A program made the translations under genes and the position numbers. A stretch of DNA of 52,030 nucleotides from a virus. Of this stretch, positions 1 to 8,230 are shown piece by piece. Under the pieces are notes generated by a model. The model was given only the letters and a program-made list of their open reading frames with translations, was not told the DNA's origin and ran no database searches. The stretch's first letter is position 1. Each line of letters starts with the position of its first letter. The stretch spans positions 1-52,030 of IMG/VR virus record IMGVR_UViG_3300018063_000006. One strand, given 5' to 3'.

Positions 1-123
1 ACCTCCGCAAACTGCGAGGAGCGAGGCGCTGTAGCACTCCGCAAGAAGGCCCGAAAATTTGCTGCGCGCGTATACGAGGAGGTTCCCTGGCTTCTCACGA
101 GCTGCCTGGGGTCTGGCCCCGGG
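1..123. repeat. Direct terminal repeat, left copy
   Basis: Bases 1-123 match 51908-52030 base for base (compared by eye). Confidence 0.95.
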
Positions 124-352
124 TATGCTTCGCGACTCGCTGTGGCCTGTGCGCTGAGCGCATGAGCCACAGCACCAGTCAACTAGTGCTGAGCAAGAAG
201 CGTGCCAAGGCTGCGCCGAGGTCCAGCCCGAGCGAAGCCTGCGTCTGATAATGAAAGATTATGTCAACTCTTCGCAGGGTTAGGCGACATGCTGGCGCAG
301 AACAGCGTTAGTCACTTCACGTCCCGACGCTGAAACCCTTGCCGCTCTAGGC

Positions 353-378
353 AGTACGGGCAGTACGGCGAAGTACGG
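353..378 (+). repeat. Three tandem iterons AGTACGG (353-359, 362-368, 372-378)
   Basis: Exact 7-mers spaced 9-10 bp apart in non-coding DNA. Extended consensus g(C/A)AGTACGG. Confidence 0.8.
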
Positions 379-451
379 CGAGGTGCTACCTTGATAGCAT
401 AGCCTAAGGCTGCGACTTCGTTGACTGAAATGCGCCCAGGCACATGCGCAG

Positions 452-758
452 CCGTACTGCCGTACTTCAAGTCGTACTACTTGGCTCCCGTGTGAGGCAG
501 CCAGGGCGCGCAGCCGGAGCGGAGCGCCCGGCGCCGAGCCGGGTTTACCCCCTTAGGGGCCCGTACTCCCGTACTTCGCAATTCGCCAATGACGACGCAG
601 GCTTAAGCCGGGCCTTAGCATGTGCCAGTATGGGCACCCCCCGTACTGCATGTGCTGTGTCGCATTGCGCGATTCGCTTGGGTTGGCGCGAGCTTGCGCG
701 CGCTATGAGCTGTGCCATGGGCCTACCAAGGTAGCAGATTCCGTACTACCTCCGTACT
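452..758 (-). repeat. Iterons in opposite orientation (CCGTACT)
   Basis: Copies at 452, 460, 561, 569, 641, 741 and 752, plus variant TCGTACT at 472. A plus-orientation variant AGTATGG lies at 627. Copies mostly occur in pairs 8-11 bp apart. Confidence 0.8.
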
Positions 759-920
759 GCAAGCGCCATGTTTCTGGCACTCACTGTGCGCAACGCTAAG
801 GGACTTGACACGAGTGGCGTAGAAGTGCCAGAAGCGTGCAGCGATGACACGCCGCGACCACTGGCGACCATTGACTGTAAGGGACGAAGCGTGGCGAGCA
901 GTTTGCAACGGGAGGGACGC

Positions 921-1115
921 ATGAGGACACGAGCACTGCGGTACACTTCGTACGCGACGTTCCGAGCCATCAAGCAGGCGGCACTCGCGGCGGTCGCTGC
1001 GCTGGTCGATGGTCTCCAGGCAGGCGCCGGACGCTGTGCCTGCGGCGAAGTCCTGCGTTACGGGACCCTAGGGACCAGCAATGCGTGGTGGCACTGCATC
1101 CGTTGTCATGAGTAA
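921..1115 (+). CDS. Small Cys/His protein, zinc-ribbon-like (64 aa)
   Basis: ATG 921 sits behind GGGAGGGA. In-frame inner part of ORF 768..1115. Contains CAC..HCIRCH. Confidence 0.6.
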   Translation: MRTRALRYTSYATFRAIKQAALAAVAALVDGLQAGAGRCACGEVLRYGTLGTSNAWWHCIRCHE

Positions 1116-1155
1116 CGCGCCGCGAGGCGCCACAACCGGAGGGAGGACGAGAGTC

Positions 1156-1464
1156 ATGAGCACGACGATCGCAGTAGCAACCGAAGTAGGGAAACGCGAG
1201 ACGGCCTGCTTCGGCATGCGCGACGGACTCGCAGTAACGACACCGCTTCCATACGACCGGAAGCGCTGCGGCCGTTACGTCATCACGCACATGGCGAGCG
1301 GGTTGAAGTTTGGCGGCTTCGCCTCGCGGCCGGCGGCATTGAAGGCGCTTGCTGCGGTCGCCACGTTGGCCGACTGGACGCAGACGCGGGAGGCGCTCAA
1401 CCTTGCGTCGCTTGTCGAGCCGGTGCGGGCGGCAATCGAAGCGGCCGGCGGAAGGTGGGTGTAG
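1156..1464 (+). CDS. Hypothetical protein (102 aa)
   Basis: ATG 1156 sits behind GGAGGGAGGA. In frame with ORF 1081..1464. Confidence 0.6.
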   Translation: MSTTIAVATEVGKRETACFGMRDGLAVTTPLPYDRKRCGRYVITHMASGLKFGGFASRPAALKALAAVATLADWTQTREALNLASLVEPVRAAIEAAGGRWV

Positions 1465-1468
1465 TCCC

Positions 1469-1675
1469 ATGAGCACGACAGCAGAGACCCTGGACCGCGA
1501 AGCCTATCGCAACGGCGCTGCCTTCGCGCAGGCGTACGCGAGGAGCTATGGACTCGACGCGGCGCGACGGGCGATGTTCAAGCTTGCGGGGCGCGAGACG
1601 GCGGACTACTTGCGAGGCATGCGGGCGAGCGTGCGGGGGATGGAGACGGCGAAGCAGGGGAGGGCGGCGGCATGA
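1469..1675 (+). CDS. Hypothetical protein (68 aa)
   Basis: ATG 1469 sits behind GGAAGGTGGG. In frame with ORF 1349..1675. Confidence 0.55.
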   Translation: MSTTAETLDREAYRNGAAFAQAYARSYGLDAARRAMFKLAGRETADYLRGMRASVRGMETAKQGRAAA

Positions 1676-1842
1676 GTCGGGCGCGACGCAAGGACCCAAC
1701 GTGCATGCACTGTGGACACAGTGACCGCCGCCTCTACGCGACGGCCGATCGCTTTTGCACGCACGGCCGTGTCAATCAGACATGGACGGCGCGTACTCGG
1801 GCCGCCTACCGCAAGGCGCGGCGCGCGGGGGAAGCGGTATGA
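1672..1842 (+). CDS. Small zinc-ribbon-like protein (56 aa)
   Basis: Hand-translated because it is below the ORF-track size cut-off. ATGA overlaps at both ends. Contains CMHCGH..FCTHG. Confidence 0.5.
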   Translation: MSRARRKDPTCMHCGHSDRRLYATADRFCTHGRVNQTWTARTRAAYRKARRAGEAV

Positions 1843-2471
1843 CGCAGCCGGCAATGACGGAGAGCGAGTACGCAGCACGCTTCACCAATGCGAGCCGAGC
1901 CGACTTGCTCAGGTTGTGCCGAGCAGCAGGCCTCGCAGCACGCAGGCTCAAGACGAACGAGGCCCTCATTCACCTACTGTGGCTCAAGGAAGGTCGAGCA
2001 GCGGCAGTACGGTACACCGAGCGCGTCAACGAAGCACTGCGTAACCTTGGCTGTGTGACGAAAGGCAAAGCCGCCCACCACGGAGCACGAGACAGGGCGG
2101 GACGAGTAATGGCTAACGAAGCGAAGCCGCAGGCGCATACGCCGGGGCCGTGGACGGTCGGGACGACCGAGCGACCCAACAAGCGGTTCATAATCTATGG
2201 TGACGAGCGGCGCATTCCGATCGCCGAGTTGGATGCGGACGACAACGAAGCCCGCGGCAATGCCTGCCTCATCGCCGCTGCGCCCGAGACGGCGGCCGAA
2301 CGTGACCGACTGCGGGAGGTGAACGCCGAGATGTTGGCGGCGTTGCGCGAGGTACTACGTGAAATCGACGCCTGCGTTGATGACGGCTCGCTGTCTCGCG
2401 ATGCCGTCGAGCACACAACCGCTATCATGTTTGCTCGCGCCGCCATCGCCAAGGCCGAGGGCACGTCATGA
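1839..2471 (+). CDS. Hypothetical phage protein (210 aa)
   Basis: ATGA overlap at 1839. Contains the GPW..ANA.LIAAAPE-type motif common in small phage early proteins. Confidence 0.65.
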   Translation: MTQPAMTESEYAARFTNASRADLLRLCRAAGLAARRLKTNEALIHLLWLKEGRAAAVRYTERVNEALRNLGCVTKGKAAHHGARDRAGRVMANEAKPQAHTPGPWTVGTTERPNKRFIIYGDERRIPIAELDADDNEARGNACLIAAAPETAAERDRLREVNAEMLAALREVLREIDACVDDGSLSRDAVEHTTAIMFARAAIAKAEGTS

Positions 2472-2641
2472 CAGACGAAATCCGCGCTACGATCTTCCGC
2501 GCCATGCGCGCCGCGATTGACGATGTAGAGATTGATCGCGGCGGGTATGGGTATTTCAATGGGCCGGCGGCTTCGTTGTACATCGCTACGCGGGCACTGG
2601 CGCAGGAGGCGCTGAAAGAGGCGGAAAGGGACGGCGAGTGA
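2468..2641 (+). CDS. Hypothetical protein (57 aa)
   Basis: Hand-translated. ATGA overlap with the upstream stop. Its stop overlaps the next start. Confidence 0.45.
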   Translation: MTDEIRATIFRAMRAAIDDVEIDRGGYGYFNGPAASLYIATRALAQEALKEAERDGE

Positions 2642-3054
2642 TGGCGCGGCGCTGGACCACAGACCCGGGCTGCTACTGTATGTCTAGCTACCACAACGCA
2701 AATTGCTACATGCAGACGCCGAGTGGTTACGGCCTGCGCTCGCACAAGATGCTTCTCGGCTCGCGGCGCATGCCCTACGAGAAGTGGGCGCGCACCATGA
2801 GCCTCTATACCTGGCCGCTGTGGCGAAACTGGAAGCCACCAAAGTCGATGGTAGTGGAGTCGGCGGAGGAGCATACGAGGAAGGCGATTCGCGCCATCCG
2901 GCCGAGCGTGCAGACCGGCCACGAAGGCGGCGCTTCGTGCATCGTGCCCTATCCCTGGAAGCTCTGGCATCAGCACAAGGGGGCGGTCGCGGCGCATCGG
3001 GCGTACCTAGCGGCGCGGTGGGCCCCTGTGGGCGCGAAGCGGAGCGCAGCATGA
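2641..3054 (+). CDS. Trp/Cys/His/Tyr-rich hypothetical protein (137 aa)
   Basis: Third-codon G+C is high in this frame by hand count (about 85% versus about 54% in the competing 2703 frame). Confidence 0.55.
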   Translation: MARRWTTDPGCYCMSSYHNANCYMQTPSGYGLRSHKMLLGSRRMPYEKWARTMSLYTWPLWRNWKPPKSMVVESAEEHTRKAIRAIRPSVQTGHEGGASCIVPYPWKLWHQHKGAVAAHRAYLAARWAPVGAKRSAA

Positions 3055-3254
3055 GCAAGCCTGACGGCTACCGCTACGTTCGCCAGTACGTCAAGCCGAG
3101 TGTCGGCCCCGTCGAGCGGTGGGGATTGTTCGAGGTCCGTGAGGGCCGGGCGAGGAGGGTAGGGACGGCCGCGAGCGCTGCTGAGTATCGGGCGTTCTTG
3201 GCACGCGAAGCGCAAGCGGGTAGTTCAACCGAAGAAAGGGAGGGTCAGCTATGA
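3051..3254 (+). CDS. Hypothetical protein (67 aa)
   Basis: ATGA overlap at 3051. C-terminal part of ORF 2703..3254. Confidence 0.55.
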   Translation: MSKPDGYRYVRQYVKPSVGPVERWGLFEVREGRARRVGTAASAAEYRAFLAREAQAGSSTEEREGQL

Positions 3255-3598
3255 CGCATTGTGAGAGAATGCAGAAGCATCCTGAGTACGAGACGATGCC
3301 TGGCTACTGGCGGCGGCACGTGGAAGCGATCCTTGCCGTGCGAGCGCCGAGCATTGCTAAGTCGCAGCTAGAGCGAGCAATGGCGCTCATGCTCGCCGGC
3401 TGGGCGTACTACGCCGACGCGCACCGCGCAGCGTACGAGAGCGGCATCGGCGAGGATGGCGTGCTCGGGCCGGAGTGGGAAGCGATCGGCAAGGCGCTTC
3501 GGGGGTTGCTGAATGGTGATCTCGGGCGGCTCGATGCGGGCGCGATCGACAGTGCGCTGCTCGGCAGCTTGCAGGCCGAAGGGTTCAAGGAGGACTAG
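3251..3598 (+). CDS. Hypothetical protein (115 aa)
   Basis: ORF-track entry. ATGA overlap with the upstream gene. Confidence 0.65.
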   Translation: MTHCERMQKHPEYETMPGYWRRHVEAILAVRAPSIAKSQLERAMALMLAGWAYYADAHRAAYESGIGEDGVLGPEWEAIGKALRGLLNGDLGRLDAGAIDSALLGSLQAEGFKED

Positions 3599-3600
3599 AC

Positions 3601-3768
3601 ATGTTCAAGGTGGAAATCGAGACGCGCAACGCGGCGTTCGCGGACAGGGACGAGTTGATGCGCTGCTTCGAGCGCGTCCTCAATGCACTGTCGACCGGCA
3701 GTCGCAGAGGCCCCGTAATCGACACCAACGGCAACCGCGTCGGGCGGTTCGAGGTGGTGGAGGACTAA
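3601..3768 (+). CDS. Small phage protein with NAAF motif (55 aa)
   Basis: Hand-translated as MFKVEIETRNAAFADRDEL... TAATG overlap with the next gene. Confidence 0.45.
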   Translation: MFKVEIETRNAAFADRDELMRCFERVLNALSTGSRRGPVIDTNGNRVGRFEVVED

Positions 3769-4028
3769 TGGAAGCGGTAGCAATTGACGACAGTCTGAAC
3801 CATCCGAGCATCGTGTTCTTTCAGTGTCGGGAGACGCGGTACACGATTGCGGTCGACCGGGCAACGGGGATCGCCTTCGGCGCGGCAACGGTAGCGTTCG
3901 ATGCGACGCGAAGCGGTGCGGTGTGGGATGCGGTGATGGAATATCAGCGCGCGCTGGAAGCGCAGCGGTGCCCCATGGGGATCGCTTCGGTATGCCGAAG
4001 GGCAGGCAACGGTAATGGATCGCAATGA
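3768..4028 (+). CDS. Hypothetical protein (86 aa)
   Basis: ATG 3768, in frame with ORF 3513..4028. Confidence 0.55.
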   Translation: MEAVAIDDSLNHPSIVFFQCRETRYTIAVDRATGIAFGAATVAFDATRSGAVWDAVMEYQRALEAQRCPMGIASVCRRAGNGNGSQ

Positions 4029-4218
4029 GCTGTTTCGCTTGCTCGTTCGGGACCTGCAAGGCTTACTGAACGAGGCCGAAATAGGTTGGCCGGCGTCGGT
4101 GAGTGGTTGGAGCCTTGCCGAGCTGGCTCGATGGGAACGATGGGAAGGGGCCTTGATCGCAGCGCGCACGACACTGGCACTGGCAAAGGAGGGCAAGGAT
4201 GCCGCAGCTTCGCGGTGA
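4015..4218 (+). CDS. Hypothetical protein (67 aa)
   Basis: ORF-track entry. Helical, Trp-rich. Confidence 0.5.
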   Translation: MDRNELFRLLVRDLQGLLNEAEIGWPASVSGWSLAELARWERWEGALIAARTTLALAKEGKDAAASR

Positions 4219-4403
4219 GCACGTATGATCGCTGGAAGGCGACCGACGATGCTGGCGACGAGGCCGATCGAAGCGAAGCCTCGTGCCGTTGTCGAGAATG
4301 CGGAGCCGAGTTCGAGAGTCCGTACGGCGCTGACATCGAAGGCTATGTCTGCGACGAATGCCTTGCAAAGCCAAAGCCGATCAAGAAAGGAGTGTTTACA
4401 TGA
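4215..4403 (+). CDS. Zinc-ribbon mini-protein (62 aa)
   Basis: GTG 4215 in a GTGA overlap. Contains CRCRECG..CDEC. Confidence 0.5.
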   Translation: MSTYDRWKATDDAGDEADRSEASCRCRECGAEFESPYGADIEGYVCDECLAKPKPIKKGVFT

Positions 4404-4801
4404 GCAAGAGCGAAGCTAGCGAAGCGGCGCGGAAGGATGTTGAGGAGTGGACGGACGGCTTGCCCATTCAGATACGGGGAGTGGTCCATCTTCATGATCC
4501 CGACCTCATCTCCCGCCTCACGTCGGTCTACGCGCGAGCGGCGATAGCTGACAAGCTCGATGAACCGATCTGCACAATGCGCGAGTACAAGACAGTGCGC
4601 GAACGCGCCGAGCGCGCGGAGGCCGACGTGGCGCGGCTGCGAGTACAGGGACTTCGCGATAGCCGCGCCATCCACGCCCGCGAGTGCATGAAGTGCGAGC
4701 ACGGTGAATCGTTCGAAAAGTGTGGCTGGTCCTCGTGCAAGGAGCGACGCCAACTGCTCGCCGCCACCGACCCGCAGCGGGGGGAGAAGGACCATGGCTA
4801 G
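4400..4801 (+). CDS. Hypothetical protein (133 aa)
   Basis: ATG 4400 sits behind AAAGGAG, with an ATGA overlap. Confidence 0.65.
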   Translation: MSKSEASEAARKDVEEWTDGLPIQIRGVVHLHDPDLISRLTSVYARAAIADKLDEPICTMREYKTVRERAERAEADVARLRVQGLRDSRAIHARECMKCEHGESFEKCGWSSCKERRQLLAATDPQRGEKDHG

Positions 4802-5447
4802 GCCACCAACGTACAAGCGGGGACGTGAGGGAGCACCAACGCCGGAGGAGATTGCCGAGGAAGCGGCGTCGCGCCAACCCGATCCCGACGCGCAGTCGCA
4901 GCTAACGAACGGTATCTGGTTTCTGGAGCACAACCCGCGCGTCGAGCACTACTCGTTCACGCTGCAACAGATGCGCGACCTGACTCATCACATGAGCGAC
5001 CTGGAGGCCGAGAGCGCGCGCCTCACGGCCCAGCTGGCGGAAGCCGAGATGCTCAGGAAGGGCGCTGAGTACGATGTCGGTCTGATTCAAGCTGAGCTAG
5101 AAGACACGACGGCTCAACTCCACGCGTGCGAGGGGCAGGTCTGCCTGATACGCGAGGCGCTCCTACAGGTCATCATCATGGCTGAAAGCTACGTGAAGGA
5201 ATACGGCCCGACCTCAGGTGCCGATGAATGGCTCGAGTTGCAGGAAGCACGGGCTCTCCTCACCAACACCGCCGCTGCCGCCCACCAGCACGACGCTCGC
5301 GTGGCCCGGGAGGCGCGGTGGGGAATGCGGGAGGAAGCGGCGCGGCTTGCGGAAAAATGGTCTGTAGACGCGCAATCTGACTGCCAGTATATTGCTGAGG
5401 CCATTCGCGCCCTCCCCGACGACCCGCCGTCTGGAGCGAAGCCGTGA
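4794..5447 (+). CDS. Coiled-coil hypothetical protein (217 aa)
   Basis: ATG 4794 sits behind GGGGAGAAGG. Long heptad-like helical stretch. Confidence 0.65.
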   Translation: MARPPTYKRGREGAPTPEEIAEEAASRQPDPDAQSQLTNGIWFLEHNPRVEHYSFTLQQMRDLTHHMSDLEAESARLTAQLAEAEMLRKGAEYDVGLIQAELEDTTAQLHACEGQVCLIREALLQVIIMAESYVKEYGPTSGADEWLELQEARALLTNTAAAAHQHDARVAREARWGMREEAARLAEKWSVDAQSDCQYIAEAIRALPDDPPSGAKP

Positions 5448-5563
5448 GCCGCGTTACGATCGTCGCGCTCTGGCTCGTTATGATCGTCGTGTGCTGGTAC
5501 GTGCCGCGGGCGCTTTGGGACTTGTGCCACTCAGCGGCAGAGCTGGTGCAACCGGCCCGGTGA
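5444..5563 (+). CDS. Small membrane protein (39 aa)
   Basis: GTGA overlap. One hydrophobic helix (IVALWLVMIVVCWYV). Hand-counted GC3 is about 85%. Confidence 0.4.
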   Translation: MSRVTIVALWLVMIVVCWYVPRALWDLCHSAAELVQPAR

Positions 5564-6176
5564 GTAGTCGCGGGGCCGCGCGGCCTGGCAGCGGAGGCGG
5601 AATCGCGTGTAGGTCGTCGGCTTCGCTGCGAACAGTCAGCATCGAGAGCGGCTCGCCGTTATCGTCGATCAACCCGAGCGCCGCACTGCACTCCTGATAG
5701 ATCATCGCGCGCAGCCCGGCTGCGCCGTAGCGTCGCGACTCGGCCGCGAACAGCAGCCGCGACAGCGCCGCGCGTAGGCGCTCGATCTCTTTTAGCCCCT
5801 CGAGCATGGTGGCGAGCACCGGATCAGGGGCGGACGCAGGGTCAGCACTAGGCTTATCGGTTGCTGAGCGAGAGTCCGATAGGGCGCCGCGCTTCGCTGC
5901 GAAGTTGACATAACGTACCGACGAGGACTTGCGTTCCATGTCGGCACTTCGCATAGAAAGTTGAGCCAACGTATCGACACGCGCAGATGATGTGTGGTTT
6001 GCTTGGTCAGCTGCCAACGTCTGATAAGGTACGAGTAGTGAACTTTCAGTGGCACTTGGCACGTTATTTGCTCGGGGCGAAGAGATGGCGAAGCGGCGCG
6101 ATGCGAAGGCGTACACCTTTGCGCGCTGCGTCGTTTTGGGCGGCACAGTTTCGTCGATGATCGGCATGAGGCCCAT
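5478..6176 (-). CDS. Hypothetical protein, partner of the RHH gene (232 aa; alternative start at 6278)
   Basis: Only long ORF in this interval. Has a low-GC Ser/Thr/Ala linker between two domains. No recognisable motif. Confidence 0.45.
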   Translation of the reverse strand: MGLMPIIDETVPPKTTQRAKVYAFASRRFAISSPRANNVPSATESSLLVPYQTLAADQANHTSSARVDTLAQLSMRSADMERKSSSVRYVNFAAKRGALSDSRSATDKPSADPASAPDPVLATMLEGLKEIERLRAALSRLLFAAESRRYGAAGLRAMIYQECSAALGLIDDNGEPLSMLTVRSEADDLHAIPPPLPGRAAPRLLTGPVAPALPLSGTSPKAPAARTSTRRS

Positions 6177-6240
6177 TGTTGCAAGCAAAGTGCCGCACGA
6201 AAACGCACGCGAAGCGGTGCAGAATCGGCCAGTAGGGGCG

Positions 6241-6558
6241 TCAGGATCGTGACCGAGTGCCAGTCTGGCGCCGCTCATGGGGCGCCGGCGGCTCGGTAGG
6301 AATCGTTGGCACTCCGTGCGGCTCGAGCGCTGCCCGATGCTCGAGCGCCTCGAGGCCGACGCGGAGGGCGATGCGGGCGGCCTGGGGCAGGCTGTAGGGC
6401 TCGCCGCTGTGCGCGGCGCTCAGCGTCTCAGCGACCCGGCGCACGCGCTCAGCGAGGTCGGGCTCAAGGAAGATGTTGAGGCGGGACCAGCGGGGACGAG
6501 ACGGGCGGTTGATGCGATCCGGCGTACCGTGCTGCTGCCGAGGCTTGCTGCGCGTCAT
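6241..6558 (-). CDS. Ribbon-helix-helix (CopG/Arc-like) DNA-binding protein (105 aa)
   Basis: ATG 6558 sits behind AGGAGG at 7-nt spacing. RLNIFLEPDLAERVRRVAE...LPQAARIALRVGLEALE fits a strand-helix-helix pattern. Confidence 0.7.
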   Translation of the reverse strand: MTRSKPRQQHGTPDRINRPSRPRWSRLNIFLEPDLAERVRRVAETLSAAHSGEPYSLPQAARIALRVGLEALEHRAALEPHGVPTIPTEPPAPHERRQTGTRSRS

Positions 6559-6623
6559 AGGGATCCTCCTGTGCGGTAAGCTATAGCTCCCAGTCGCTCC
6601 CCGTGTCAACCCCCGGCGCTTGC

Positions 6624-6647
6624 ATTCGTGCGCCAGCGGCGCAGAAT
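6624..6647. promoter_or_regulatory. Imperfect palindrome, candidate operator
   Basis: ATTCGTGCGCC-AGC-GGCGCAGAAT lies in the divergent intergenic region between 6558 (-) and 6756 (+). Confidence 0.25.
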
Positions 6648-6755
6648 GTGGCGCGAGTGCCAGTGACGACACGCGAATGGCAGTGGCGGAGCGCGGCAGA
6701 GTGAGCAACGGCGTGGCGCCCAGCGACGGCATGCAGATTGCTGTCTAGCCGTCGC

Positions 6756-7109
6756 ATGATGACGCGAACGATCCTCTTGGGAGTCTGCTTCTTCGTTGGA
6801 AGCGTGCTCGTATGCGAAGCCGCGCAGCCGCCATGTACTGGCGATCGGCATGAGAACTGCGCGACGACTTCAACGACGCTGCCGAGCGATGGTGTCGAGC
6901 CGAGAGCGTGTCCTGACCCGGGGCCGTGCCCGAGCTGTGTGTGCGTCTGCGACGGCGCGAGCGCGACCGTTGCGGTCGAGCGCTGCCCGATGTTCCCGGA
7001 CTACGTGCCGTGCCGCAAGCGCAAGAACGGCACGGTGAAGTGCCCTCGACGAGGTGCTGCACGGCGGGTGCTCAAGCCGTTCACGGGGTCGCCGAACGGC
7101 GCGTTCTGA
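6756..7109 (+). CDS. Secreted cysteine-rich protein (117 aa)
   Basis: N-terminal signal-like MMTRTILLGVCFFVGSVLVCEA, followed by about 14 Cys including CPSCVCVC. Confidence 0.6.
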   Translation: MMTRTILLGVCFFVGSVLVCEAAQPPCTGDRHENCATTSTTLPSDGVEPRACPDPGPCPSCVCVCDGASATVAVERCPMFPDYVPCRKRKNGTVKCPRRGAARRVLKPFTGSPNGAF

Positions 7110-7441
7110 TGACGATTCGTCAAGCTGTTCTGAAGTCTGCGAGCCTCCTCGATCGGCTCAAGCCGGGCTGGTGGAAGCCGCGGCGCTTCTCGCTTCGCCG
7201 ACTAGCCTTGACGAGCTGCACCGATTGCATCCTAGGGCAGGTGTTCGAGCGTGAAGCTCTCAGGATCAACAAGGCCGAAGGTCACGACTGCTGTACCGGA
7301 TTCGACTTTGGTCTTTACCGTTCCGAAGGCCCGAAGTTACCAAGCGGCACCGGCGAACATGGTACGTTCTCTAACCCCGATAGCGAGCCTGAATGGCGCC
7401 GTCTGATCGAGCGTCGCCGGCAACGAGCGAAGGTCGCCTGA
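7109..7441 (+). CDS. Hypothetical protein (110 aa)
   Basis: TGATG overlap. In frame with ORF 6926..7441. Confidence 0.55.
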   Translation: MTIRQAVLKSASLLDRLKPGWWKPRRFSLRRLALTSCTDCILGQVFEREALRINKAEGHDCCTGFDFGLYRSEGPKLPSGTGEHGTFSNPDSEPEWRRLIERRRQRAKVA

Positions 7442-7824
7442 TGTTCCTTCCGGTTGACACCATCGACGGCGCCGCGCCGCCGCTTTCGGCACTTGCGGGC
7501 GCGCGCACGCTGAGCGAAGCCGAGCGCAGGCTGATGGCCGATGTGCTGATGCAAGCAGTTCAGGAGGCTAGGGCGAGTGCGGGCAGTGCGGCAACAGTAG
7601 CGCATCAGCTACGGCAGGCGGATCGTGACGCCGCTCGCGCGTGGCTGCGGGCGCAGCCGGGCTTCACGGCGCGGGAGTGCTGCGAGGCGCTGGGTGTCGA
7701 GTACGAGGCGATGATGGCAAAGCTGGAAGCTGAGTGGCGCCAGACGAAGCCGAAGCCGGGGCCGAAGGTGAAGGAACGCGCAGCGTCGCGCGGAACGCGG
7801 ACGCGGCTAGTGGTGGTGAAGTGA
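7441..7824 (+). CDS. Hypothetical protein (127 aa)
   Basis: TGATG overlap. In frame with ORF 7393..7824. Confidence 0.55.
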   Translation: MFLPVDTIDGAAPPLSALAGARTLSEAERRLMADVLMQAVQEARASAGSAATVAHQLRQADRDAARAWLRAQPGFTARECCEALGVEYEAMMAKLEAEWRQTKPKPGPKVKERAASRGTRTRLVVVK

Positions 7825-7925
7825 TGGAGTGCGCGATGCCCTACGAACTGATGCTGATAGAGGGGGCGCAGCTTCTCACCTTGCTGGTCCTCGTCGTGTG
7901 GACCTTTTTCAGGGGCCAGCGATGA
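7824..7925 (+). CDS. Small membrane protein (33 aa)
   Basis: TGATG overlap. Hydrophobic LLTLLVLVVWTFF. Confidence 0.35.
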   Translation: MECAMPYELMLIEGAQLLTLLVLVVWTFFRGQR

Positions 7926-8230
7926 GCGCACCGAAGCGCAAGGCAGCACCGCTCCCGCGCCTCACTGAAGCGCAAGCGTGGCGCGTGATCGCAATAATGT
8001 TCAAACGCCCAAATGGCGTGTGTTACGCGATCCATAGCTTGGCAGAATCCGGCGTCATCAGCGAGGTGATGTGCGATACCCTAAACGCTCGAGTTGATGC
8101 GGAGTTCAAGCGGCTAGAGAAGTCGCCGAATAGCCCGTTCCTGTGGCCGCTTATTATGGCATCCTCAGACTCACAGCGGATGGCGTTCGCGGCCAAGCAG
8201 GCGCAGCGCGCGGCAAGGCGGCTCAAGTGA
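7922..8230 (+). CDS. Hypothetical protein (102 aa)
   Basis: ATGA overlap. In frame with ORF 7829..8230. Confidence 0.55.
   Translation: MSAPKRKAAPLPRLTEAQAWRVIAIMFKRPNGVCYAIHSLAESGVISEVMCDTLNARVDAEFKRLEKSPNSPFLWPLIMASSDSQRMAFAAKQAQRAARRLK

Noticed and set aside
87-251. Possible 54-codon ORF starting inside the terminal repeat after GAGGAGG (CTG start), or a 28-aa ATG-initiated version at 162
   Set aside because: It has a non-canonical start, a short length and no motif. The only supporting evidence is moderately high GC3.
353-758. CRISPR array
   Set aside because: The repeats are only 7 bp long, occur in both orientations, and have irregular 8-100-bp spacing. There are no cas genes. These are iterons, not CRISPR repeats.
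444-1476. ORFs 444..734(+), 723..908(-), 746..973(-) and 970..1476(-) in or next to the control region
   Set aside because: They run through the iteron array or lie antisense to SD-supported genes. Their translations are Arg/Ala/Pro-rich shadow-type sequences, and none has an SD. Treated as non-coding.
2703-3254. 183-aa ORF that looks more protein-like than its competitor
   Set aside because: Hand-counted GC3 is about 54% for 2703-3050, against about 85% for the 2641 frame. Only its last 67 codons (from ATG 3051, in an ATGA overlap) are taken as a gene.
5478-6278. Start of the RHH-partner gene at ATG 6278
   Set aside because: This start would overlap the RHH gene by 38 nt. The first 34 codons also have low GC3 (about 56% by hand). 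ATG 6176 or 6167 is preferred, but there is no clear SD, so the start remains uncertain.
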